Below, piece after piece: positions 11,023-23,100 of a stretch of 64,000 nucleotides of DNA. The stretch's first letter is position 1. Every line of letters starts with the position of its first letter. The DNA is from Squalus acanthias. Lineage: Eukaryota. The stretch lies in contig CM059431.1 of the NCBI GenBank assembly GCA_030390025.1, positions 139,812,001 to 139,876,000 of the forward strand. Reading direction: 5' to 3'. The position numbers and the translations under genes are program-made. The notes beneath the pieces are model-generated. The model did no database searches. It was not told the DNA's origin and was given only the letters and a program-made list of their open reading frames with translations.

Positions 11023-14000
11023 CTACTGGCCTGGGGATGATGTATCCTGATTTAGAGATGATGAACGTGCTGTAGTACTGACCTGGAATGTTGTAGCCTG
11101 ATTAGTAGATGAGATTGGTACTATATTGAACTGGGATAGCGTAGCCTGATTAATAGATGATGATGGTGCTGTTTTGCTCTGGGATGGTGTAGTTTGATTT
11201 CTAGAGGATGATGGTGCTGTATTGACCTGGGATGGTGTTGTCTGATTTATAGATGATGGTGGTGCTGTATTTACCTGGGATGGTGTAATCTGATTTATAG
11301 ATGATGGTGGTGCTGTATTGACCTGGGATGATGTATTTTGATTTATAGATGATGATGGTGCTTTATTGACCTGGGATGGTGTAGTCTGATTTATAGATGA
11401 TGATGGTGCTGTGTTGACCTGGGATGGTGTAGTCTGATTTATAGATGATGGTGGTGCTGTATTGACCTGGGATGGTGTTATCTGATTTATAGATGATGGT
11501 GGTCCTGTATTGACCTGGGATGGTGTAGTCTGATTTATAGATGATGGTGGTGCTGTATTGACCTGGGATGGTGTTATCTGATTTATAGATGATGATGGTG
11601 CTGTATTGACCTGGGATGGTGTAGTCTGTTTTATAGATGATGATGTTGCTGTATTGACCTGGGATGGTGTAATCTGATTTATAGATGATGATGATGCTGT
11701 ATTGACCTGGGATGGTGTAGTCTGATTTATAGATGATGATGATGCTGTATTGACCTGGGATGGTGTAGTTTGATTTATAGATGATGATGGCACTGTATTG
11801 ACCTGGGATTGTGTAGTCTGATTTACAGATGATGATGGTGCTGTATTGACCTGGGATGGTGTAATCTGATTTATAGATGATGATGGCGCTGTATTGACCT
11901 GGGATGCTGTAATCTGATTTATAGATGATGATGGTGCTGTATTGACCTGGGATGGTGTAGTTTGATTTATAGATGATGATGGTGCTGTATTGACCTGGGA
12001 TGTTGTAGTCTGATTTATAGATGATGATGGTGCTGTATTGACCTGGGATGGTGTATTCTGATTTATAGACGATGATGGTGCTGTATTGACCTGGGATGGT
12101 GTAGTCTGATTTATAGACGATGATGGTGCTGTATTGACCTGGGATGGTGTAATCTGATTTATAGACGATGATGGTGCTGTATTGACCTGGGATGGTGTAG
12201 TCTGATTTATAGATGATGGTGCTGTATTGACCTGGGATGGTGTAATCTGATTTATAGACGATGATGGTGCTGTATTGACCTGGGATGGTGTAATCTGATT
12301 TATAGACGATGATGGTGCTGTATTGACTTGGGATGGTGTATTCTGATTTATAGACGATGATGGTGCTGTATTGACCTGGGATGGTGTAATCTGATTTATA
12401 GACGATGATGGTGCTGTATTGACCTGGGATGGTGTAGTCTGATTTATAGATGATGATGGTGCTGTGTTGACCTGGGTTGGTGTAGTCTGATTTATAGATG
12501 ATGATGGTGCTGTATTGACCTGGGATGGTGTAATCTGATTTATAGATGATGGTGGTGCTGTATTGACCTGGGATGGTGTTGTCTGATTTATAGATGATGG
12601 TGTTGCTGTATTGACCTGGGATGGTGTATTCTGATTTATAGATGATGATGGTGCTGTATTGACCTGGGATGGTGTAGTCTGATTTATAGATGATGGTGGT
12701 GCTGTACTGACCTGGGATGGGGAAGTCTGATTTATAGATGATGATGGTGCTGTATTGACCTGGGATGGGGAAGTCTGATTTATAGATGATGGTGGTGCTG
12801 TATTGACCTGGGATGGTGTAGTCTGATTTAGAGAGGATGATGTTGTTATATTGACCTGGGATGGAGTAGTCTGCTTTATAGATGATGAACGGACTCTAGC
12901 ACTGTCCTGGGATGTTTGAGACACCGCAGAAGTTAATGTCAACGCTGAATTTAAAGCCGGAAGCAGCATTGATCTCATAGTAACAACTGATGACTGTTGC
13001 ATGGATCTACCTGTCAGGGAGGGTGGAAACACATTGTTGTTTTCGGTCGATGATGGGGCCTTTGCCTTGTTGGAAGACGGAGGTACATTCGCACTGGACA
13101 AGCTGGGCACACTCGCACTGCTCACGATAGGCACAGTCTCACTGGTCACAATGGGCACACTCGCACTGCTCACGATAGGCACAGTCTCACTGGTCACGAT
13201 GGGCACACTCGCACTGCTCACGATAGGCACAATCTCACTGTGCAAAATGGACATCGTTTCAGTGGTCACGATGGGCACAGTCTCACTGGTCTCGATGGGC
13301 ACAGTCTCACTGGTCACGATGGGCACAGGATCAGTTTTCACGATGGGCACACTCGCACTCGTCACGATGGGCACAGTCTCAGTGGTCACGATGGGCACAA
13401 TCTCACTGGTCACGAAGGGGACAGTCTCACTGGTCACGATGGGGACAGTCTCAGTTGTCACGATGGGCACAGTCTCAGAGGTCACGATGGGCAGAGTCTC
13501 ACTGGTCACGATGCGGACAGTCTCAGTGGTCACGATGGGCAGAGTCTCACTGGTCACGATCGGGACAGTCTCAGTGGTCACGATGGGCACAGTCTCAGTG
13601 GTCACGATGGGCACAGTCTCAGTGGTCACGATGGGCACAGTCTCACTGTTCACGATGGGCACAGTCTCATTGGTCACGATGGGCACAGTCTCACTGGTCA
13701 CGATGGGCACAGTCACACTGTTCACGATGGGCACAGGCTCAGTGGTCACGATGGGCACAGTCTCACTGGTCACTATGGGCGCAGTCTCACTGGTCATGAA
13801 GGGCATAATCGCACTGATCCAAGAATCCATAATTGTGGATAAACTGAAAGCCAGTAAGGATGCTGTAGAAGTTTGAGGCTGTGCTGTTGAACTGGGGTGT
13901 GGACCTGCTCTATCAAGTGAAGAGGAGGTTTCCATTGATTCAGGGTGAATGGGCGATCGAGGCGCAGTTGAACGTCTCATGGACGTGGTTGTACGTTTGA

Positions 14001-14102
14001 TTTGGTGGTGCACAATCCTGGAGTTGATAGAAAGTGGATTCTGAGATTCGGTGAGCGTCGGCAGCCCATTGCTCGCGGAATGTGCTCTGGTCATAGTTGT
14101 CA
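11023..14102 (-). CDS. Exon 7: about 1026-aa Pro/Thr/Ser-rich mucin-like exon
   Basis: Acceptor ttgtttctcctacttcgcacag in phase 1, in frame with exon 6 (G+TG = Val). About 3.1 kb open frame containing 8-aa and 16-aa tandem repeats; the indels I noticed in the repeat are whole codons. Confidence 0.82.
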
Positions 14103-17100
14103 CTGTGCGAAGTAGGAGAAACAATGTCAATAGATTATTGGAGGCAACGGGCAGTAAAGTTGGACTTGGGCGAAGACGGAAAACTGGGAGAATCGCATTT
14201 GCAACCGTTTTGCAACACGTTTGATATTCGGTTCTGTTGGAATTAGTGGAATGAATATCGGGGTTTATAAAGAAAGAAACGGGCGACCGATGACATACCG
14301 CCTGTTTTGCGCCCCTGCCCTTGTCGAATTTCACCCACAATCTCTGGAGACACGCTCAAAATCAGCGCCTGTGAAAAGTGGAGCTCAGCAACAAACCAGC
14401 TCTGCTTTCCAGTTAGTGTGACCATTGTCATATGTGAAGATCCCTGAGGATAACTACATTGGTGAACCTCCCGCTGGGAGTGAGGCCAATCAGATGGCTC
14501 AGGGATTCCAATTATTTCACTTAGAAATCTGAGCAAACATAAAGGATTCAGGAAGGTCAAGGTGTGAATGGGTAAAATCCGCACTTCAGTGCTCCTGGCA
14601 AATACCCTGGAGAAAATATCATGAAACTGGACAGTGATTTAAAACTAACAGACGATGAATTGTTATGATCTGGAATGCACTGACTGAAAGTGTGGTGGAA
14701 GCAGATTCAATAGTCATTTCAAAGGGGATTTGGATAAATATTTATAGAGGAAAACTGCAGGGCTATGGGGAGAGGGCACGGCACTGGAACTAATTGGATT
14801 GCTCTTTCGAAGCGCCGACACAGGCACTATGGGCGGAATGGCCTCATTCTACACTCTATCCTTCCAGGATTCATTTCTATTGGCTATTTCTTCTGCATTT
14901 TGATTCCTAACCCCATGCGAGTAGCTTCCCATCTGTACAGCCTGGGAGCAGCGCATCCAGGGAATTCTGGAGCTGAGCTTTGCATTCTGGGAACGGAACC
15001 TGCCCGATTTTCCTTCCGTTATTTTCGTTGCAGCTTCTGTTCTGGCCGTGTAACCTTCCCGCCACATTCTCCCTTATTTACCCCGCCTGTGCATCTCTTT
15101 AAGCTGAGAGGCGTGGTGAAATTCGATATGGATGGGGAAGCGACACAGGAGCAATCGCTCTCACCAACCATTATAGACACGCCCGATATTCAGTTCTTTT
15201 GAAGTCAATGCGACCGAATATGGGGCGGAGCGGATATCGGGCGCCTGATGCGACACCGTCCATTTTGCGACCTCGCCAATGTCGAATTTCACCGTCCCCC
15301 ATACTTAGTCCGGTCTGTTGCTGTACCCTTACCTTTATATACAGGACAGGTTATCTTGTTCACGTCCAGGTAACTCTTTCCTCCCAGGGCTATCGCCACC
15401 TGTGACATTGTTGTAAGGTTTTCCCAGTTTCCCCGAGAAATTTTATGCACCATTTTCTGCACAGATTTGGTGCAATTATAGACACGTGAGGTGAACACGT
15501 TTATGTTTTCGGCCAGGGCCTGGAGTGTAAAGAAAGTAACAATAATTTTAATATTTAATGTTAGTGATCCGGAGATCTTTCAATCGGAGCACATATGAAT
15601 TCTGTTTGAAAGCACTGTAAGATAAAGTGGGGGTCAATGGAAATAAAAATCGGGAGATATTTACAAGGGCTGCGGATTCGCCATCACACATGTTACACCA
15701 TCGCATGAAGTCAAAATCGACCCCCAGGTGCGTTCTGATCGGGTACAGTTTAGATTAGATTAGTGTGGAGACACCACACTTAGAGTACTGTGAATAGATC
15801 TGCTCTGGTTAGACCACACTTAGAGTAGCGTGCACAGCTCTGTTCTCCATATTACTAAAAAGATATAAAGGCACATCTTGAAGATGCAATAAAACATTTG
15901 CAAGGATGATACCAGAATTCAGTGGTTATAACAATTAGGAATGTCTGATCAGGAAAAGAGAAGACTGAGAGGTGAACTAAAAGACGTCTTCAAAATGATG
16001 AATGGATTTGATGAGGTTTCGGAGAGAAGATGTCTCCAGTTGCGGGGTGAGTCCAAAACTAGGGGCCATAAATATAAGATCGCCACTCATAAACCCAACA
16101 ACGAATTTAGGAGAAACTTCTTAACTAGAGAGTGGATAGAAGTTGTAACTCGCTCTCACAAGGAGTAGCAGAGGAGGTGAATAGCAAAGATTGATTTAAG
16201 GGGAATCTACATGAAGGAGAAAGGAATAGAAGTATATGGTGATAGGGTCAGTAGGGCCGAAGGAGCCTCGTGTGGCCCACAAACACACGAAAGGCCGGTT
16301 TCTGTACTGAAAATTCCATGTAAAGATTGTCCTCTTTGAATTTGAAGTCAACTAGTTTCTCAATATAACAAAACCATCCTGTTTACATTGTTTATCCCCA
16401 CTTCAGTGTATTGATTTAATGAGCATTGAGTCATTCGCTTTCTTTTGTGGTAACTTTATCTTTGAGCGATGATGTACAATGGCCAATCTTGAATTAACCA
16501 GCCATTGTATACCACGCCCGATTTTCATTTGCATTGAATCAATGGAAGGTAAAATCGGGCGCCAGTAAATTGGATAGCAATTGGATATTACCCATTTTAC
16601 ACCTTCACCAAAAGTTAAAATCACCCGTTCATCAAAAGTTAAAATCACCCCTTAACACTCTTCAAACAATGCCCTCCGCTCCTGCCGAGTTCTATCCCAT
16701 GAATGGTATCGAGGTGTCTCCGAATCTTTCAACATGCTGTACTTTGCATTGCTTCACACTGAACGTCATCTGAACACGTTAGGCACCGATACACCAATAT
16801 CTCAATATCGTTTATAAGCTCTAATTGTTTACAGTCTATCGCTTAATGTGGTGTGAAGAAGCTATTATTTACTAATTGCGCTGAGTTCGAATTAAACTAG
16901 AAACCTATTTTCTAATTTCACATCACCATACCTGCATGGCCAGCCCTGTACAGCACAAGCTCCCAATAGGCCCGTCCTCTCTCACTTCACTTAGAATCCG
17001 CCTCATTATCCACATTATAGCCTTTGCGATGTCAAGCCGAGATCTGCCTCTTGGTTGTTGTGAGTGTATCAGACACCTCAGACTAAGTGCCGCGGTGGCC

Positions 17101-20100
17101 ATTGTATCTACAACACATGAAACAGTTACCAACGGTTCATGGAGTAAATTTGATAGGACGGCCGGTAACGAGAGGACACAGATGTATGATATTGGCAAAA
17201 GAATCTGAGGGGAGATGGGGAGTCATTTTTGCTTTTTTACACAGCGAGCTGTTATAATCTGGAATGCACTGCCTGAACGCGTGATGGAAGCAGATTCAAT
17301 GGTGACTTTGAAAAGGGAATTTGATATATACTTGATGAGGATAAAAATACAGGGCTATGGCTTATGGGGAAAGAGAATGGTGAGTGGGATTAATTGGTGA
17401 GCTATTTCAAAGAGCCACCACAGGTACGATGGGCCGACTGGCCTCCTTCTGTAAGTTTGGCTGATTCTATGATATCCGAAGCCGACAAGGCAAGAGCGAT
17501 CCGAGAACCCATTGATGAAGAGACGCTTCCCAAATTACCACTCGTTTTACTCTCAGCCGGTGTCCAATGGACTCCCAGCACAAGTTTACCAATCACTGAT
17601 TGCAGCAACACGGCCTTGTCCCGACTACAGAATTGTGCAAGTCTTAGGTTGGAATTGAATTGGGAGTAATGGGGACAAGACTGAAACGATTAAATGCTTC
17701 TTGTAATAATACATGCAAGGGGTGAAATTGCACTTGGGCGGGAACGCAATACAGGCGGAATCGCATTTTACGACCGTCATGGGACCAGGCCCGATATTTA
17801 CTTCTTTTGGCCGTTTTGCGGCCCCGCCCAGGTCCAATTTCAGCGCCGACTCTTCACCAATCGTAACTTGTGAACTCGGGTAACCGCCTTCAAAACTCCA
17901 TCAAATGGATATTATTGAAACTGTAAAATGAAACGTCTTGACTGCTCAGACACACCTACTGTTAATTCTTTCCCGTGTTGAGCGATCTTCCTGAGATGAG
18001 CCCGGATAAAATTATGAATGAGAAAGCCCGGGACAGGTTCCTCCTCCTGACACAGCGCCAGGATCGCCAGGCTGGCTTCAGTAAAGGCCTTGAGAGAATA
18101 TCCAGCGTTTTCTGCAAATACAGTGACAGCCTCCAATATTAGTGATGTGCTACACATCTGAATAACGGGAACTACAGATGTGAAAATTCCTCCCTAGTTC
18201 GTTCCCGATCCTCTCTGTGTGACAGAAATCAGGCCAAGGATTTAAATGAATGAAATAGAATTGGTGTAGAATTTACAGCACAGAAGGAGGCTCTTCGGCC
18301 CAACAGGTCTAATTCTGCTCCACCTGAGCCTCCTCCTACCTTACTCACTCGAGTTGCTTACCCGAGGGAGGTATTCCTTTCTCCCTCATGAAATTTTCTA
18401 ACTTCGCCTTAAATACATTAATACTGTTAGGTTCAACTTCTTCTGGTAGCAAATTCCACATTCTCGCCACTCTTGGGGTAAAGAGGATTCTCCTGAATCC
18501 CCCATTATAATTAGTAGTGACTCTACAGCGGACTAATGCTCTCCTGCATGGCTTTCCAGTCCATATGACCAATCATAGAAACATAGAAAATAGGTACAGG
18601 AGTAGACCATTCGGTCCTTCGAGCCTGCACCGCCATTCAATGCGTTCATGGCTGAACATGCTACCTCAGTACCCCATTCCTGCTTTCTCGCCATACCCCT
18701 TGATCCCCCTAGTTGTGATTGTTACATCTAAATCCCTTTTGAATATATTTAGCGAACTGGCCTCAACAACCTTCTGTGGAAGAGAATTCCATAGATTCAC
18801 CACTCTCTGGGTGAAGAAGTTCCTCCTCAGCTCAGTCTTAAATGGCTTCCCCTTAATCCTTAGACTGTGACCCCTGGTTCTAGTTTTCCCTAACATTGGG
18901 AACATTCTGCCCGCATCTAATTTGTCTAAACCAGTCAGGATTTTAAATGTCTCTATAAGATCGTCCCTCATTCTTCTGAACTCCAGAGGATACAAGTTCA
19001 GTTGACCCAATCTTTCTTGATATGTCAGACCGGCCATCCCAGGAATCAATCTAGTGAACCTTCGCTGCACTCCCTCAATAGCAAGAATGTCCTTCCTTAA
19101 GTTAGGAGACCAAAACTGCGCACAATACTCCAGGTGTGGCCTCACCAAGGCCCTGTACAACTGCAGCATCACCTCCCTACTCCTGTACTCAAATCCCCTT
19201 ACTATGAAGGCCATCATTCCGTTTGCTTTCTTGACTGCCTGCTGCACTTGCATTCCCACCTTCAGTGATGGATGTACCATGACGCCCAGGTCTCGTTGCA
19301 CCTCCCCTTTCCCTAATCTGCCACCATTCAGGTAATAGTCCGCCTCTCTATCTTTACCACCAAAGTGGATAACCTCACATTTATCCACATTGTACTTCAT
19401 CTGCCATACATTTGCCCATTCACCCAACCTGTCCAAGTCACTCTGTAGCCTCCTAGCATCCTCCTCATTGTTCACACTGCCTCCCAATTTAGTGTCATCC
19501 GCAAATTTGGAGATATTACATTTAATCCCTTCGTCCAAATCATTAATATATAATGTAAACAGCTGGGGTCCCAGCACCGAACCCTGCGGTACCCCGCTGG
19601 TCACTGCCTGCCATTCTGAAAAGTACCCATTTACTCCTACTCTTTGTTTCCTGTGTGCCAACCAGTTCTCAATCCACGTCAACACATTACCCCCAATCCC
19701 ATGTGCTTTAACTTTGCTCACCAATCTCTTGTGTGGGACCTTGTCGAAGGCCTTCTGAAAGTCCAAATACACCACATCTACTGGTTCCCCCCTGTCCACC
19801 CTCTTGGAAACATCCTCAAAAAATTCCAGAAGATTTGTCAAGCATGATTTCCCTTTCACAAATCCATGCTGACTTGGACCTATCATGTCGCCACTTTCCA
19901 AATGGTCTGTTATGACATCTTTAATAATTGCTTCCATCATTTTACCCAAGACCGATGTCAGGCTGACCGGTCTATAATTCCCTGCTTTCTCCCTCCCTCC
20001 TTTTTAAAAAAGATGTCATCATTGATGTCCAGCTAAATTCTACTATGAGAATTATCACCGGTACGCTTTTAATGACACCAACATCTTGGCTGCCCGTCCT

Positions 20101-23100
20101 TGCAAACATCACACCAACACACCTACGCCACGATTATGCAGTGTCCATAGAAAACAACCGCTACACAAGCAAAGACATGCCAATCCAGGCGGACTTGAAC
20201 AACCTACTACCAAACCATCCCTAATCTAGAAGGCCATCTTGGAGCATCGCCAAAGCCCTTCGGTGATCTCCTTAATGACCGATGGCTAAATAATTGGAAG
20301 AACTGTGACATACGGAATGGATTCCTTATAGAGGACCCCACAGTACAACCTGAAGGATCAAACCTTCCTTGCTACCAGTGAACAATCATCAACCGCCTCA
20401 TAACTGGTCATGGTAGATGCTGACATCTTCTCCATTGATGGAAGATTAAAGAATCCCCATCATGCGACTGTGAAGCTCCCGAACAGACCCTGGAGCACAT
20501 CACTGAGCACTGGAAATTCTCAGGCAGCGTACATAAGAACCTAATTAATAGGAGCAGGAGCTTGACACTTCGAACATACTCCACAATTCAATAAGATCAT
20601 GGCTGATCTTCTACCTCATCTCCACTTTCCTGCACTATCCCCATATCCCTAGTTTCATTTAATTTTCAAAAATCTATCGATCTCTGTCTTGAATGTACTC
20701 AACGACTGAGCCTCCACAGCCCTCTTAGGTAGAGAATTCCAAAGATTCACCACCCTCTGAGTGAAGAAATGTCTCCTCATCTCAGTCCTAAATGGCGGAC
20801 CTCTTATTTTGAGACTGTGACCCCTGGTTCTAGACTCCCCAGCCAGGGGTAACATCCTCCCTACATCTACCCAGTCAATCTATGTAAGAATGTTGTATGT
20901 TTCAATGAGATCACCTCTCATTCTTCTAAACTCTAGAGAATATAGGCCGAGTCTACTCAATCTTTTCTCATAGGACAATCCCCCCCATCCCAGGAACCAG
21001 TCTGGTGAATCTTCGTTGCAAGAAATTCACGCTGTTTCACTGGAGTCTTTGGCTTTGATATCTGATTTAGATATTGAGATTTGACTTGCTTTGCTACTAA
21101 CATACAAAAGAAGAAGAAGTACTGAATACCTTATATTATAGTCTCCTCTTCAAGTGGAAGCATCTGTTCTACTTCAACCCTGTAGAAACACTTCATTATT
21201 TTAAAAACCTCTATTAGCTCACCTCTCAATCATCTCTTTTCCAGATGAAAGAGCCCCAGCCGGTTCAGCCTTTCTTGATAAATAACATAGATAATAATAG
21301 ATGAATAAATAAATGCAACAAGGGTTTTATTTCACGGATATCATCATAAATCATTGCCTTTATAAACCAGGAGTCAGCGTTCCAATTCCCTTTAGGCCTG
21401 GTGTCAATTGGTTCTTTTAAAAAGTGTTGGATAAATATTTGCCCTTTAATGGGTTTGGAGATAATGGGAATAGATACAAACTGTGAGAGTAATTATATTG
21501 GTGTTTACAGGGACAGATATGAACTGAGAAGGCAGTGGGATTGGAGGTTATGGGGAGCCGCCGAATGTTATGGGAATAGAACCGGAAATTGTTGCGATTA
21601 AAGCAGACTGAGGTGAGAATGAGGCTGGAGGTTATGGCGGGAGCTACAGATTGGGTATGATTGGAGGTTATAGGGACAGGTACAGACTGAGATGTGAGTA
21701 TGATTGGATGTTATGGGGACAGGTAGAGACTGAGATATGAGTGTGATTGGAGGTTATGGAGTGAGGTACAGCCTGAGATGTGAGTGTGATTGGAGGTTAT
21801 GGGGACAGGTACAGACTGAGATGTTCCTGTGATTGGTGGTTTTCAGCTTGTGTTTGCTGAAAGATGCCTCTCAATCTCTATGCAAATAACATGCCTAAAG
21901 CATGAGTCCACACTTACCTTTAGAAGATGTTATCCTAGGTATTTGGTGCAATTCACTGTACAGCCTCTCACGGAGCACCTCCACCAAATTCACCTCCTTG
22001 TTTCCTGCCGATATCTTGGCGGAGTTCCGACAAGAGGATCTGAAGGCTAAGATGTAGAAAACCAACTGGTCTATGGGGAAGTGTTCACCTGGCGGCAGAG
22101 GAACAAACGAGATTCAGTTTGTTCTGACTGGGTCCATCAATAACTAACTGGTTAGTGATTATAAATTCCTCTTCTACACTCTGAAGACTTGTATTAATAT
22201 TCTTCCTTATTCTAACTCTCAAAAACGATTCAAAGTGCTTCAAGTGTAATAAATTATTTGGAAGTGCAGACATCCTTGTTATATCGACCAATTCGGGAGC
22301 CATTTTGTGGACAGCAATATCCCACAAATAGCAATGAAGTGAATAGCCAGGGAACCAGTTTTAAATTCTTAACCGGCGACACGGTAAATAGATTAACTGC
22401 TAATGTATCTCATTAGTACTTGTGGCATCTTGTGTCCAATTGGTTGTCGAGTTTGTCTATGAAAGATAAATGGCTGCATTTCATTGGCTGTGAAGCAAAG
22501 GCACTACAGAAATGTAAGTTTCTCCCCCTTCACTCTCCTCTCTCTTTAAACTACTTTGGGTGTTAGCTGGGGAATAAGTGTTGTCCAAGACCCCGGCAGC
22601 ACTCTCCCTTCTTGTTCCAATAAAGCCGTGGCATCTTCAAATTCCACAAGAAAAGATTCAGGGGATAATTTTAGATTTAAACGATGTTGTAAAATAACCG
22701 ACACCAAAATGGCCTCCGATTATAGATCCCGCCCGATGTTCACCTCCATTGGAAAAGAAAATCAAGCGTGGTGTAAAAGGGCGTCTGCTGCAATTTAGAG
22801 CAAGGGGCAGGGTAATGATTTCTGATTTCAAAACAATGAGAGGACAAGAAGTAAAACCTACGTGCAGGATGGGCGATATAGGGTTTAGGTGGAAGAACAG
22901 AGGAATGTTTAGAGCTACGAAATAATTTCCATCATAGTATCATGACCAAAGCTGCTGCAATAAATGACAGCTCGGCCCATTCACCTGAGGGGAGAATTCC
23001 AGCTAGAAGTCTCCCTCCCTCCCTCTCTTCATCTTCCTCAGTATGTGTCTGTTTCTCTCTTTCTCCGTCTCACTGTTATTCTTTCTCAAACACACACACA

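Noticed and set aside
2410..11040. Plus-strand ORFs of VLTREDVSDLVDGEGVI repeats
   Set aside because: Antisense shadows of the 51-bp mucin-like repeat; no start context or splice evidence.
13001..13876. Plus-strand ORFs (VSLVTMGT, GHDGHSLT, SRWAQSHW repeats)
   Set aside because: Antisense frames of the 24-bp coding repeat.
14219..14233. Possible 15-nt phase-1 microexon (EPNIK) after a ttccaacag acceptor
   Set aside because: The donor (AC|gtgttg) is weak and nothing else supports it.
14103..14340. N-terminal 79 aa of the computed 1105-aa ORF (GTG start at 14340)
   Set aside because: The start lies at the end of a TIR-type repeat, and a strong in-frame acceptor at 14102 explains the real exon start; this part is likely intron.
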